The notes under the pieces were generated by a model that did no database searches, was not told the DNA's origin, and was given only the letters and a program-made list of their open reading frames with translations. Shown here one piece after another: positions 18,064-26,766 of a DNA stretch of 32,000 nucleotides. Each line of letters opens with the position of its first letter. Position 1 is the stretch's first letter. The DNA is from Acaryochloris marina MBIC11017 (GTDB lineage Bacteria; Cyanobacteriota; Cyanobacteriia; Thermosynechococcales; Thermosynechococcaceae). Location: positions 1,170,001-1,202,000 of the forward strand of contig NC_009925.1 of NCBI RefSeq assembly GCF_000018105.1. Reading direction: 5' to 3'. Made by a program: the position numbers and the translations under genes.

Positions 18064-18984
18064 CTAGCTCTCCACAATCTCAACGGCGGAAGTCAGTTCC
18101 TTTAATTCATCTGCCGACAAATCAGACACGATCGCATAGTGAAACTCACCATCACTCCAAAACACTCCACCCGGTCCATCTTGGATTGCCAGATAGAGCT
18201 TCTCTGGCGTGAATTGAGGCAGTTCTGGCCGTTGAGAACGAGCAATTTGGTAAAAAGAGACCTTGCCATGGTGCTCCGTATCGTACATGATCCGGACTCC
18301 CTTGGCCTTACCAAACGTGCAAACACTGCCCCCCAATAACTTAGAACTCATCTGGGAAAGAATGGGCATCGCTGAGGGCATCGGGGCCTGCGCCCTGAGT
18401 AAGGCAGCTAGCTCCATCGGCTGATTACTGGGGATGTCCACCGCTTTCGGCCCTTTTTTGAGCGACTTGTGATGATCCACCAGAATCTGTTCTACCCCTT
18501 GCCAGTTCCGGTTAACAAACGTGTCCGTCGTGGTAATCACCACATTCCTGGGCGTAGTCTGGGGCATCGTCGAGGGCAGTGTAGCCATCAGACTTTTTTG
18601 TTCAGCCAATTCCTGGCGAACTTGAGCCAATTGTTGCTGGAAGTGGACCGTTTGCAACCCTAGAGCCACCGTTGTAACGACTGCAATACCACCAAAGATT
18701 TTGGCCCAAGGGCGTTGTGAATTTGGACTCGCTTTGAAAGGCTCAGCGGATTGGGTCTGAGCCGTCTGCATCATCCGTTCCCGAGCGGAGGGTTGAGGTT
18801 GGGATTCGGCCAGGGCAAAGGGCAATAAATCCAGAGTCTCTTGCAGCCCTGCCACTTCATCCCATAGAGAAGGGTGTTCTACCGCTAACTGCTGAAACTC
18901 AGCCATCTCTTCAGAGTCGAGGTTGCCCAGCACATAGCCCGCCGCAAGTTCTTCAAATCGGTGATGGGGGGTTGGATCGACCAT
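18064..18984 (-). CDS. Membrane-spanning anti-sigma factor (RskA-like N-terminus)
   Basis: The N-terminus FEELAAGYVLGNLDSEEMAEFQQL is typical of anti-sigma N-terminal domains. It has a single TM segment (IFGGIAVVTTVALGL) and starts 4 nt after the ECF sigma gene stop. Confidence 0.7.
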   Translation of the reverse strand: MVDPTPHHRFEELAAGYVLGNLDSEEMAEFQQLAVEHPSLWDEVAGLQETLDLLPFALAESQPQPSARERMMQTAQTQSAEPFKASPNSQRPWAKIFGGIAVVTTVALGLQTVHFQQQLAQVRQELAEQKSLMATLPSTMPQTTPRNVVITTTDTFVNRNWQGVEQILVDHHKSLKKGPKAVDIPSNQPMELAALLRAQAPMPSAMPILSQMSSKLLGGSVCTFGKAKGVRIMYDTEHHGKVSFYQIARSQRPELPQFTPEKLYLAIQDGPGGVFWSDGEFHYAIVSDLSADELKELTSAVEIVES

Positions 18985-18988
18985 AAGA

Positions 18989-19603
18989 TTAAAGCTCCAT
19001 TTGCGTTCGTAGCGACTGGCGAAGTTGGATCAATCCTTTCCTTGCCCAGGTTTTGACCGTGCCCAAGGGCTTGTTCAATTGCTCGGCAATTTGAGATTGA
19101 CTATATCCCCCGAAATAACTGAGTTCCAAAACTTGACGATACTCTTCCGGCAGTTCTGTTAAAGCCTGCTGGAGGGCTTGGCGTTTCTCGGACTGACTGG
19201 CATGGTCCAAGGGCGTCGGAGAAGGATTAGGGGACAAACTTTGCTGCCACTGGGACAAAATACGACGCCGATTTCCCTTCATTCGCAGTCGATCGATGGC
19301 CCTGGACCGAGTCACTGTCGCCAAAAAGCTCGATAAGCTGCCCCGACTGGGATTGTAAGTACAGCGTTCCCACACCCCTAGAAAGATCTCTTGCATCAAG
19401 TCTTCCGCTTCAGAGGAATTGCCCAAAATTTTATAAGCCAGGGTATAAACCAAACTGGAATACTGGTCAAACAAATATTCAAGGGCGTCTAACTCCTGTC
19501 GCTTAATCGCTGCAACCAGGTCAGCGATATCAGCATATTGAGAAGAGGGAACGGGGCGGTTCTCCTCTGAGGATGGATTGGGTTGGGGAACTTTCAAAAG
19601 CAT
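18989..19603 (-). CDS. ECF-type sigma-70 family RNA polymerase sigma factor
   Basis: Region 2 is DLMQEIFLGVWER...F.SFLATVTRSRAIDRLR. Region 4 is the HTH LPEEYRQVLELSYFGGYSQSQIAEQLNKPLGTVKTWARKGL. Confidence 0.85.
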   Translation of the reverse strand: MLLKVPQPNPSSEENRPVPSSQYADIADLVAAIKRQELDALEYLFDQYSSLVYTLAYKILGNSSEAEDLMQEIFLGVWERCTYNPSRGSLSSFLATVTRSRAIDRLRMKGNRRRILSQWQQSLSPNPSPTPLDHASQSEKRQALQQALTELPEEYRQVLELSYFGGYSQSQIAEQLNKPLGTVKTWARKGLIQLRQSLRTQMEL

Positions 19604-19859
19604 CTGCCCGCAGCATCATTGCACTTATTCTATATACGAGTCAGGTCTGCGATCAGATGTGGGTATCGCCCCATCTTTTTGAACCACATCCAATGGCTCC
19701 TCTCGCTCGTATTGAAAATAAGCACAAAAAAAGGGGACAAAATTGCCCCCGAACATCACTTTATTTCTAGGAGTCAGAGTATCATGGCAACTCAATCAAA
19801 TCGATCCAGATGTCTGCAAGCCATAACCTTACAGTGAGTGATAACGCTTAAGGTTACCG

Positions 19860-21134
19860 ATGATTGCTTCCACTCCTCCCCATATTGTGATTATTGGCGC
19901 TGGTTTTGGTGGCTTACAAACGGCCGTTTCCCTGGGGGGCGCAGCAGCTCGGGTCACCTTAATCGATCGCAATAATTACCACACCTTTGTACCGCTGCTC
20001 TATCAGGTGGCAACGGCCACCTTGGAACCCGAGTGGATTGCATTGCCGATTCATAAACTGCTGCGTCGATATAAAAATGTTCAGTTTGTCCAAGGCAACG
20101 TTGAAACCGTTGACTTAACGGCGCGGCGAGTGCAAACCGCACACATTACGTTGCAGTACGACTATCTGGTGTTGGGCACGGGGAGTCAGACTCATCTGCA
20201 AGGCGTGCCCGGAGCCAAGGAACATGCGTTGCCCCTCAGAACTCTGGAGGATGCGATCGCACTCAAGCATCATCTTTTGCAGTGCATCGAGCAAGCCGCC
20301 CAAACCAAAGATCCAGACGAGCGCAGGCAGCTCTTAACCATCGCCATCGTCGGCGGTGGGGCGACGGGGGTGGAAATGGCGGGGGCTTTGGTGGAGTTGT
20401 GTCACCAATCCTGGCCCAAGGACTATCCCTGGCTCCGGGATGATCCGGTGCAGCTAATTTTGGTGCAGTCAGGCTCGGAACTCCTACCCGAATTTCCCCA
20501 TCCCTTGCGAACTTACACCTATAAAAAGCTGGCTATTTTAGGTGTAAACATTCAGGTAGAGACTAAAGTCGCATCAGTTCATGCCACTCATCTAGAACTG
20601 GATAGCGGTACCCGGATTCCCTGTGCGACGACCATTTGGACCGCTGGGGTCAAAGCTGCCCACCCTCCCACGGAAACGGCATTACCCCAAGGTCATCGAG
20701 ATAAAATCCCTGTTCTCTCCAGCCTACAGCTGCAGCAGTACCCAGAGGTCTATGCCCTGGGAGATGCCGCTCAAGTTCCCGATCAAACCTTAGCTGGCGT
20801 TGCTCCCGAAGCCTTACAGCAAGGAGTTTGTACGGCTCGCAATTTGCGTCGTCAGCTTAAGGGGCTCACTCCCCAGCCCTTTCGGTATTTCAATAAAGGT
20901 CGACTGGCCATTATTGGCTGCTTTTCTGGGGTAGGCAAGATTGGCCCCTTTCCCCTTCGAGGTTTTCTGGGGTGGTTTCTTTGGCTGGCAGTCCATTGGG
21001 TCTATTCCCCTGGCTATCGCAATCGTTTGATGATTTTGGTCACCTGGCTGCAATCCTTTGGCTCCCGAGATAAATTAGCGCGGCAATTGTTGAAGCATTC
21101 TCCGTCCAAATCTCCCGCCCAATTCAAGGTGTAA
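19860..21134 (+). CDS. Type-2 NADH dehydrogenase (NDH-2) / FAD-dependent pyridine nucleotide-disulfide oxidoreductase
   Basis: It has two dinucleotide-binding folds, IVIIGAGFGGLQTA and IAIVGGGATGVEMAG, plus the conserved YALGDAA motif. 424 aa. Confidence 0.85.
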   Translation: MIASTPPHIVIIGAGFGGLQTAVSLGGAAARVTLIDRNNYHTFVPLLYQVATATLEPEWIALPIHKLLRRYKNVQFVQGNVETVDLTARRVQTAHITLQYDYLVLGTGSQTHLQGVPGAKEHALPLRTLEDAIALKHHLLQCIEQAAQTKDPDERRQLLTIAIVGGGATGVEMAGALVELCHQSWPKDYPWLRDDPVQLILVQSGSELLPEFPHPLRTYTYKKLAILGVNIQVETKVASVHATHLELDSGTRIPCATTIWTAGVKAAHPPTETALPQGHRDKIPVLSSLQLQQYPEVYALGDAAQVPDQTLAGVAPEALQQGVCTARNLRRQLKGLTPQPFRYFNKGRLAIIGCFSGVGKIGPFPLRGFLGWFLWLAVHWVYSPGYRNRLMILVTWLQSFGSRDKLARQLLKHSPSKSPAQFKV

Positions 21135-21270
21135 TGAGTTCCAGGAGAATCGACATTGTGCTCTACGTCGAGCCGTCCTGCCGATTTCCAGACCAGCGTT
21201 TCTACTGTTTTTAGCCTTACAAACTGAACGTCATCCTAGTTTTTTGCTCTTTATCAATTCGAGGACAATC

Positions 21271-21678
21271 ATGACTACAACATCTACAAATTCCAATCTT
21301 TCCATGCAGGCATTTTCTTTATTGCTCTTGCGCCTCGTGGTTGTGGCAATTTTTCTCTATCACGGTTTTCCCAAAGCCATTAATTGGGCCATGGCCAGCG
21401 AGAAATTTGTCAGCTTTGGCTTACCCGGATTTTTGGGACCGATTACAGGCATTGTTGAAGTGATTGCCAGCATCCTTATCCTGATTGGCTTTCAAAACTT
21501 CTGGGCTAACTGGGTATTGGTGGCGATTATGGCCGGTGCGATCGCAACGGTTCAATTCCCCAAAGCCATTAGCGAAGGCGCTTTTATCGCCGGTCTAGAA
21601 CGAGATTTAATGATTTTGGCAGCCTGCGCCGTATCCGCTGCTTTTGGTCCAGGAGCATTTGCTTTGAAAAAGCGCTAG
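21271..21678 (+). CDS. DoxX family membrane protein
   Basis: LLLRLVVVAIFLYHGFPK and four TM segments. I prefer the start at ATG 21271, which follows GAGGA, over the track TTG at 21244. Confidence 0.7.
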   Translation: MTTTSTNSNLSMQAFSLLLLRLVVVAIFLYHGFPKAINWAMASEKFVSFGLPGFLGPITGIVEVIASILILIGFQNFWANWVLVAIMAGAIATVQFPKAISEGAFIAGLERDLMILAACAVSAAFGPGAFALKKR

Positions 21679-21872
21679 GGTCCTTCTTCTCTACTGCAGT
21701 CAGTTACTTTTAAGTCCTCGGCATCATCGACACTAAAGCAATATTATCTGCTGCTCATAACGGTATCCATGATCACAACTCTCGAGCAAACAATAGAATG
21801 GCACTCAATTTTGGGTACACTAACGTAATGATAGGCCCAGATAATCCTTTACTTAAACAGAAATAGAATCGT

Positions 21873-22283
21873 ATGGTCACGGTTGACGAATCCCAACAAA
21901 TTAGTGATTGCTTGCAACAAGTTTTAACCGTCAACGGTGCGCTAGCTGCTGGCATTGGCAATTGGAAAACAGGTCAATGCTTATTTAAAGATGGTCTCAA
22001 TAAGCCTGATTTCCCAACGTCTAAGATTGAAATCGCGGTCACCCATAATTCAGAGGTGATTAGGGCAAAACAGCGCGCTGCAGCGGCGCTAGAGTTTGAT
22101 GACAAAATTGACGATATTTTGATTAGTCTGACTCGCCAGTGGCATATTATGAAGCTGTTGAAAGTGGAAGGCTACTTTCTCTACATCGCTTTAGATCGAT
22201 CCAAAGCCAGTATTGCATCCGCTGGACTCAAGTTAAAACAAGCGAATCGAGAACTATCAAAAATCCTAGTCAACTATCCCTAA
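21873..22283 (+). CDS. Hypothetical protein, possibly Roadblock/LC7 (MglB-like) fold
   Basis: 136 aa. The pattern L..VL.V.GALAAGIG.W.TGQCL ... ILISLTRQWHIMKLL ... FLYIALDRSKASIASAGLKLKQ resembles Roadblock/LC7 domains. This is a weak call made by eye, and there is no adjacent small GTPase. Confidence 0.4.
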   Translation: MVTVDESQQISDCLQQVLTVNGALAAGIGNWKTGQCLFKDGLNKPDFPTSKIEIAVTHNSEVIRAKQRAAAALEFDDKIDDILISLTRQWHIMKLLKVEGYFLYIALDRSKASIASAGLKLKQANRELSKILVNYP

Positions 22284-22426
22284 AGATCGCCGCCCTGTAG
22301 CTTTTCAGATAATGAACCGACGGTTGGGACCCCAATCATCATATCCCTGATCAGTCCCCCGCTAAAGCTGAGCCCCTGGCCCTTTCTCTACGGGGAACTT
22401 CGCCTGTCGCCATGCTTTGATATCCC

Positions 22427-22446
22427 CCTCCAGAAAAAACTGGAGG
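22427..22446. terminator. 7-bp hairpin CCTCCAG-AAAAAA-CTGGAGG
   Basis: It lies 44 nt downstream of the PhyH-like gene stop (minus strand). The T-run is in the loop rather than trailing, so its function is uncertain. Confidence 0.3.
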
Positions 22447-22489
22447 TTCTATCTGCAGGCTGCTGTAGTTTAGTAAGGAATCAACTGCT

Positions 22490-23419
22490 CTAGGATATTA
22501 CCAATTTCTTTAGAAAACGCCGATTTGCTCTAGAGTTAAGAACTTTATAACGTGATGCTGCAAAACACAGGGTAAGTATCAATCGATCTTTATCTTTGGG
22601 GCGGGTTCCCTTATGGAAACAGAATGGATCTTCAATAAAGCCTGAACCTGCAATCCCCATAACAGTCAAAAATCTTTTTTCTCCATAAATATCACTCATC
22701 TCTTGATCTGAACGTTCTTTAAGGGATAGTATCTGAGCTAGATTTTTCTCCCGATGGCTCCCTAGTATGCAAACATGGGGTCCACTCTGAGAATCTACAT
22801 CTGTTAGATAGAAGAAGACCCGTAAGCAACTAAAATCATCCTTATCATAATGGTAGAATGAAGATGTATTGACGACATCAAAATTGTCATGCTCTGTTGC
22901 AAAATTCCACCACATACGGGTACTACAGTGAACTGGTTCTGACTCAAAATATTTCGCTGCGATTATCATTAGCTTTGGGTCAGAACCTAACTTCCTAACA
23001 AGGGGTAAGTCTTCGTCTAAATTAAAAAATGAGCCAAAAGAAAAGTATTGACCTACCATTTTCTCTGCTTTTTTCTTGTCTGCATAAATGAAGCCATTTT
23101 TAAGATTTCCATTGCCGTATGTTAAAGCTGATTTTCCAAATACTAAAAGCTCATTTAATATTTCTATAGGGAGTTGAAGACCTCCAAAATAACCATCTTT
23201 ATTTAAGCTATTAACGGCTTCCTCAATATCAAGTTCTGCAAATATAGAATCCTGAAACTTGAACTTCACTAAATCTGGTTTTGGAGAAAGTTTTTTGAAT
23301 ACTTGTCGGACCACAAAAAAACGACTAAAGACGTACATCAGAAGCCAGAAAGGGTCTCTAGTCCCATATTTTAAAGCCTTAAAGGTTCTGAAATATATGT
23401 TCTTGATGTATGTTCTCAT
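22490..23419 (-). CDS. Phytanoyl-CoA dioxygenase (PhyH)-like Fe(II)/2-oxoglutarate oxygenase
   Basis: An HxD facial-triad start sits in FYHYDKDD, followed by LRVFFYLTDVDSQSGPHVCILGSH (compare PhyH ..v.iaLddvt.enG.l.viPGSH) and a distal His in FCFHKGTRP. The gene lies in markedly AT-rich DNA. Confidence 0.6.
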   Translation of the reverse strand: MRTYIKNIYFRTFKALKYGTRDPFWLLMYVFSRFFVVRQVFKKLSPKPDLVKFKFQDSIFAELDIEEAVNSLNKDGYFGGLQLPIEILNELLVFGKSALTYGNGNLKNGFIYADKKKAEKMVGQYFSFGSFFNLDEDLPLVRKLGSDPKLMIIAAKYFESEPVHCSTRMWWNFATEHDNFDVVNTSSFYHYDKDDFSCLRVFFYLTDVDSQSGPHVCILGSHREKNLAQILSLKERSDQEMSDIYGEKRFLTVMGIAGSGFIEDPFCFHKGTRPKDKDRLILTLCFAASRYKVLNSRANRRFLKKLVIS

Positions 23420-23895
23420 TAAGAAATAAAGAATTACTTACCGTTTTAAGGGTGTTAAGGAACAAAGTCAGGACCTCTATCAGACATTAGTAAAACACTA
23501 TTATTTTTAGTTTCATTTTTATGTGGCTTAGAATACAGGAAATATTGGTAGTGTTTCGTACAAAAAGTGATCACAAGGCTATAAATCCCTACTAGGGATA
23601 CGTTGTAAGGAATAGAGTTCGCAAGACCTAGCTGTAATAGCGTAACCTGATTTAGAACGACCAGAACCAAGAGGTCCGTAAGCGAGGCTTATACCAACTA
23701 TGGTGATGAGACTTTGTTCACACTCGTCTAGCGCGATAGAGATTCTAACCAACAAAGGTTTTATATGTGTGTCCTGTTATAAAGACCAATGCCAAACAAT
23801 CTATCAGTACTTTTAGGGGCGCTGATAGATTGAACCTACTGGTGCTCCATATCCAGTTAAATCACAATTAGATTGTCCCTTGAACAATCAGAAAA

Positions 23896-24957
23896 TTAGG
23901 GAGCAACTGGCTTTACTTTTTCCGATGGGGCCAGCTTAATGGAGCTGAGAATGGACCGATTGGTGGCGGCTAGTTCATTATAGAAATTCACTTTTTGAGA
24001 GTAGGCATCATATTGTTGATTGAACTGCTGAATCCGATCCTGCAATTGCTGAATTTGCCCGTTAAACTCCCCAACCTCACTGTTAAACCGAGATCGGGCC
24101 TGCTCAAAGTCATTGACCAAGCTATCATCACCCCGACTTAGAGAGGCTTCCGCCTGTTGCTTTAAACGGGTCAGATTGGTTTTCATCCGCTCTAAATCCC
24201 GATAATACGTCTTTAAATCATCTTCTGCTCGCTGAATATAATCCTTCTCGGCTTTCAGGTTGATCTCAAGACTATTCAACTCAGGCTCTAACTGATCAAC
24301 TTGGGACTCAATTTTGGCTAAGACCCTGCGAGAACGGTCTGAAAAAGCCACGACCTGTTTGCGATCTCGAAAGTACTGCCGATAATACTCTTCTAATTCT
24401 GGGTCTCCCAAATCCCCTAAGCTCGTTCCTAAGTGGGAATGCAGCTCATTGACATACAGGTCTTGATCACCCGACTCATACTCTTTGAGCACCGCCAATA
24501 AATGCTCATCTTTCACCCGTTTAGCAGCACGTTTCAACTTGGATGCCAGTTGCGATCGCTCCTCGTTACTCAGCTGCTGATAGGCCGCATGGAGCATCTC
24601 ATGGGCTGCCACCATTTCCATCATTCCATCCAGCCGAGGATCGGTGACAGACTGGATAATGATAGAACCTTCATAACCATCACTAATAAAACATCCCAGT
24701 AGAATAGTCTTCTCTGTATTATGACTAGCCTTCCGGCACAGCTTATGGAATGTTTTCTTAGGCTCAATTCTTGGCTCTTGCTGATAAAACAGCTGCTGAG
24801 CCTTTTGGGTCATCATGGTATCGATCGCCAGCTGTTCAATCTGAGGTGAAGTTGGCTTATAGACCTTTGGAGCCAATAAAGAGCAACCACTCAACCACCC
24901 ACCTCCCACCAGAATCCAGAGTGAAATGGGAAAAATGGGGTGCCAAGATTTTTTCAT
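23896..24957 (-). CDS. Lipoprotein with an HExxH module and a long C-terminal coiled coil
   Basis: The signal plus lipobox is WILVGGGWLSGC. MVAAHEMLHAAY gives the HExxH motif. The last ~150 residues are heptad-like and rich in Q/E/L/R. Confidence 0.6.
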   Translation of the reverse strand: MKKSWHPIFPISLWILVGGGWLSGCSLLAPKVYKPTSPQIEQLAIDTMMTQKAQQLFYQQEPRIEPKKTFHKLCRKASHNTEKTILLGCFISDGYEGSIIIQSVTDPRLDGMMEMVAAHEMLHAAYQQLSNEERSQLASKLKRAAKRVKDEHLLAVLKEYESGDQDLYVNELHSHLGTSLGDLGDPELEEYYRQYFRDRKQVVAFSDRSRRVLAKIESQVDQLEPELNSLEINLKAEKDYIQRAEDDLKTYYRDLERMKTNLTRLKQQAEASLSRGDDSLVNDFEQARSRFNSEVGEFNGQIQQLQDRIQQFNQQYDAYSQKVNFYNELAATNRSILSSIKLAPSEKVKPVAP

Positions 24958-25209
24958 CGGATAGGGATAGGTGAAGAGTCTCTTAACTCAAGATAGACAA
25001 GTTTTTTGACCAATATGACTAAAAAGTGATTTTGAGTCTAAACGTCAGAGATTAACGCCTCAAGGATCAAGCTTTTTACTCAACAGCCGTTCTCTCAATC
25101 ACTCTATACCGTGCTGAACATCACAAGGCCACTGAGGGGTTGATCACGGTGCCAAAGGCTGAAATTGAGGACTATAGCCATAGCAACCGCACCGAACCAG
25201 GAGAAAAGC

Positions 25210-25524
25210 ATGAAGCTAACCCACCGAGCCCTTTCAGTACTCTCAATTTCCTTTATGTCTCTGATGGCCGCCGCCCCCGTCTTTGCAGCTCCTGCCTATT
25301 TAGTGGGACAACCTGGTGGTCGAATCAATGTTCGGTCCTCCCCTAGCACTTCTGCCTCTTCTCCTCACTACGGTATCGTGGGCGATCGCGTTCAAGTCAT
25401 TGATGCAACCTATAGTGACGATGGCTACCACTGGTATTACGTTGAGTTTACATCCGGTGCCCGCGGTTGGGTCCGAGGCGATTTAGTGAATGTTCAGGAT
25501 CCGATTGGATTCGATGACTTCTAG
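25210..25524 (+). CDS. Secreted bacterial SH3 (SH3b) domain protein
   Basis: I prefer the start at ATG 25210 (MKLTHRALSVLSISFMSLMAAAPVFA signal peptide). GGRINVRSSPS....G.VGDRVQVID....DGYHWYYVEF..GARGWVRGDLV is a typical SH3_3 pattern. Confidence 0.75.
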   Translation: MKLTHRALSVLSISFMSLMAAAPVFAAPAYLVGQPGGRINVRSSPSTSASSPHYGIVGDRVQVIDATYSDDGYHWYYVEFTSGARGWVRGDLVNVQDPIGFDDF

Positions 25525-25610
25525 GGAGACTAGTAACACCCAACTATCTATATGGATGAATTAAAAAGCTGCTTCACATCCATCAACTACCAAATACTGA
25601 AGATTGAACA

Positions 25611-25643
25611 ATGCGATGGTCTCTAACTATCGCATTTTCTTTG
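25611..25643 (+). terminator. Rho-independent terminator candidate after the SH3b gene
   Basis: ATGCGAT (25611-25617), an 11-nt loop, ATCGCAT (25629-25635), then TTTCTTTG. Confidence 0.5.
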
Positions 25644-25735
25644 ACAAACTCTAAAACTCTCTCCAGCCGTTGTGGGTGATGATCATGTCTCCAAATCTTC
25701 TTCCAATAACCATTTCAGAAACCCTTCTTGGAAGC

Positions 25736-25770
25736 ATTAAAGGGGTCTTGGCCGCTTTTGGTGAGCCAGA
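25736..25770 (+). repeat. Copy A of a ~40-nt repeated segment (core GGTCTTGGCCGCTTTTGGTGA 25744-25764)
   Basis: It aligns by eye with copy B (26188-26228) and with the reverse complement of copy C (26701-26746). Confidence 0.8.
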
Positions 25771-25811
25771 AATGACAAAGTATAGTTATGCAGTACGAAT
25801 GTACAGTCACT

Positions 25812-26231
25812 CTATAGTGATGAACTCTGAAAACCTCCAACGTTTGTCTTAACCAGACCTAAACCATTCCAAAATGCTTCTGGGTATTCTAGTTGAAGAG
25901 TTTCTTGTGAGTTCAGATTCAGTTCATAGCCAGACTCTACCCTGGAATATGTAACTGCTTTATGAACGGCTTTATCCCACTCACCTATAAATTCCTGAAA
26001 CCTTTGTTCCTCTAAATTTTCAGGATATTCGTTAAACCTTAGTTTGTGTAACTCAATAAGAGCAATTGCTCTCTTGAAATTCTGATCTTCACGCTTGAGA
26101 TGAAGATTACTACCTACTTTTCTTCCCAAGCTAGACCTATGATAAGCAATCTGGATAGGCGCAATGATTACAGCAAAGAGTATAAAAAAAAGGGTCTTGT
26201 CCGCTTTTGGTGAACTAAAAAAATTGGACAA
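25812..26231 (-). CDS. Hypothetical membrane-anchored protein (139 aa, TTG start, no ATG anywhere in the frame)
   Basis: The 139-codon frame is open in AT-rich DNA, which is unlikely by chance. It has an N-terminal TM helix (LFFILFAVIIAPIQIAY). Its first ~13 codons are encoded by repeat copy B. Confidence 0.5.
   Translation of the reverse strand: MSNFFSSPKADKTLFFILFAVIIAPIQIAYHRSSLGRKVGSNLHLKREDQNFKRAIALIELHKLRFNEYPENLEEQRFQEFIGEWDKAVHKAVTYSRVESGYELNLNSQETLQLEYPEAFWNGLGLVKTNVGGFQSSSL
26188..26228 (+). repeat. Copy B of the ~40-nt repeated segment (core GGTCTTGTCCGCTTTTGGTGA 26193-26213)
   Basis: It shares GGGT(T)CTTG.CC.CTTTTGGTGAACT..AAAAAATTG with the reverse complement of copy C, at roughly 85% identity over ~38 nt. 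Confidence 0.8.
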
Positions 26232-26348
26232 TTGATGCCAAATTTTTTGAATTTGTAGACTTTAGAGCCTTATAATCCTCTTAGTTTGGCTTTGTTTTGC
26301 ATAATGAGACCTAATAATTAGTTAACTGACAAATTACTGGAGTTCTCA

Positions 26349-26699
26349 ATGATTGACGAATGGAGTCCGTGTCGATATATCGACTACGGTGAAGACCTGG
26401 GAGACCCACGGTACGGTGTTATGTTCGATGATTTCAGCTCTACGAAGGCAACCCTAGAGGCAGCAGGATTCATGGGGGGCGGTTGTACCTGGCACGGTAT
26501 CGTTGAGGCAATGATCCGAACTTCACACTCAAATTTTATTGGTGACATCAGCTACGACCCAGAAGGTTCCATGTTCTGTGCGCGCAGCTCCAATCTTGAA
26601 GCGCTCAAGTGTGTTGCTCAATGCATTCGCAGTGCTGTAACAGACTCAACCGTAATGCAGACCGCATTAGATAATGCAGACAAATCAATAATCGAGTGA
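26349..26699 (+). CDS. Hypothetical small cytoplasmic protein (116 aa)
   Basis: Clean ATG ORF whose GC content is higher than its flanks. No family firmly recognised. The size, acidic composition and context are reminiscent of orphan immunity-type proteins, but I cannot support that assignment. Confidence 0.55.
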   Translation: MIDEWSPCRYIDYGEDLGDPRYGVMFDDFSSTKATLEAAGFMGGGCTWHGIVEAMIRTSHSNFIGDISYDPEGSMFCARSSNLEALKCVAQCIRSAVTDSTVMQTALDNADKSIIE

Positions 26700-26700
26700 T

Positions 26701-26746
26701 TCAATTTTTTTCGAGTTCACCAAAAGAGGCCAAGAACCCATTAAAG
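26701..26746 (-). repeat. Copy C (inverted) of the ~40-nt repeated segment (core TCACCAAAAGAGGCCAAGAACC 26717-26738 on the plus strand)
   Basis: It begins 2 nt after the stop of the 26349 ORF. The reverse complement reads GGTTCTTGGCCTCTTTTGGTGA. Confidence 0.8.
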
Positions 26747-26766
26747 TCACAAGGTTTTGTAAAAGC

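Noticed and set aside
23455-23670. 71-aa ORF in the AT-rich patch
   Set aside because: The track gives it a non-ATG start (GTG at 23668-23670). The product is hydrophobic and low-complexity, with no motif and no SD. It is probably a chance frame, although it is not excluded.
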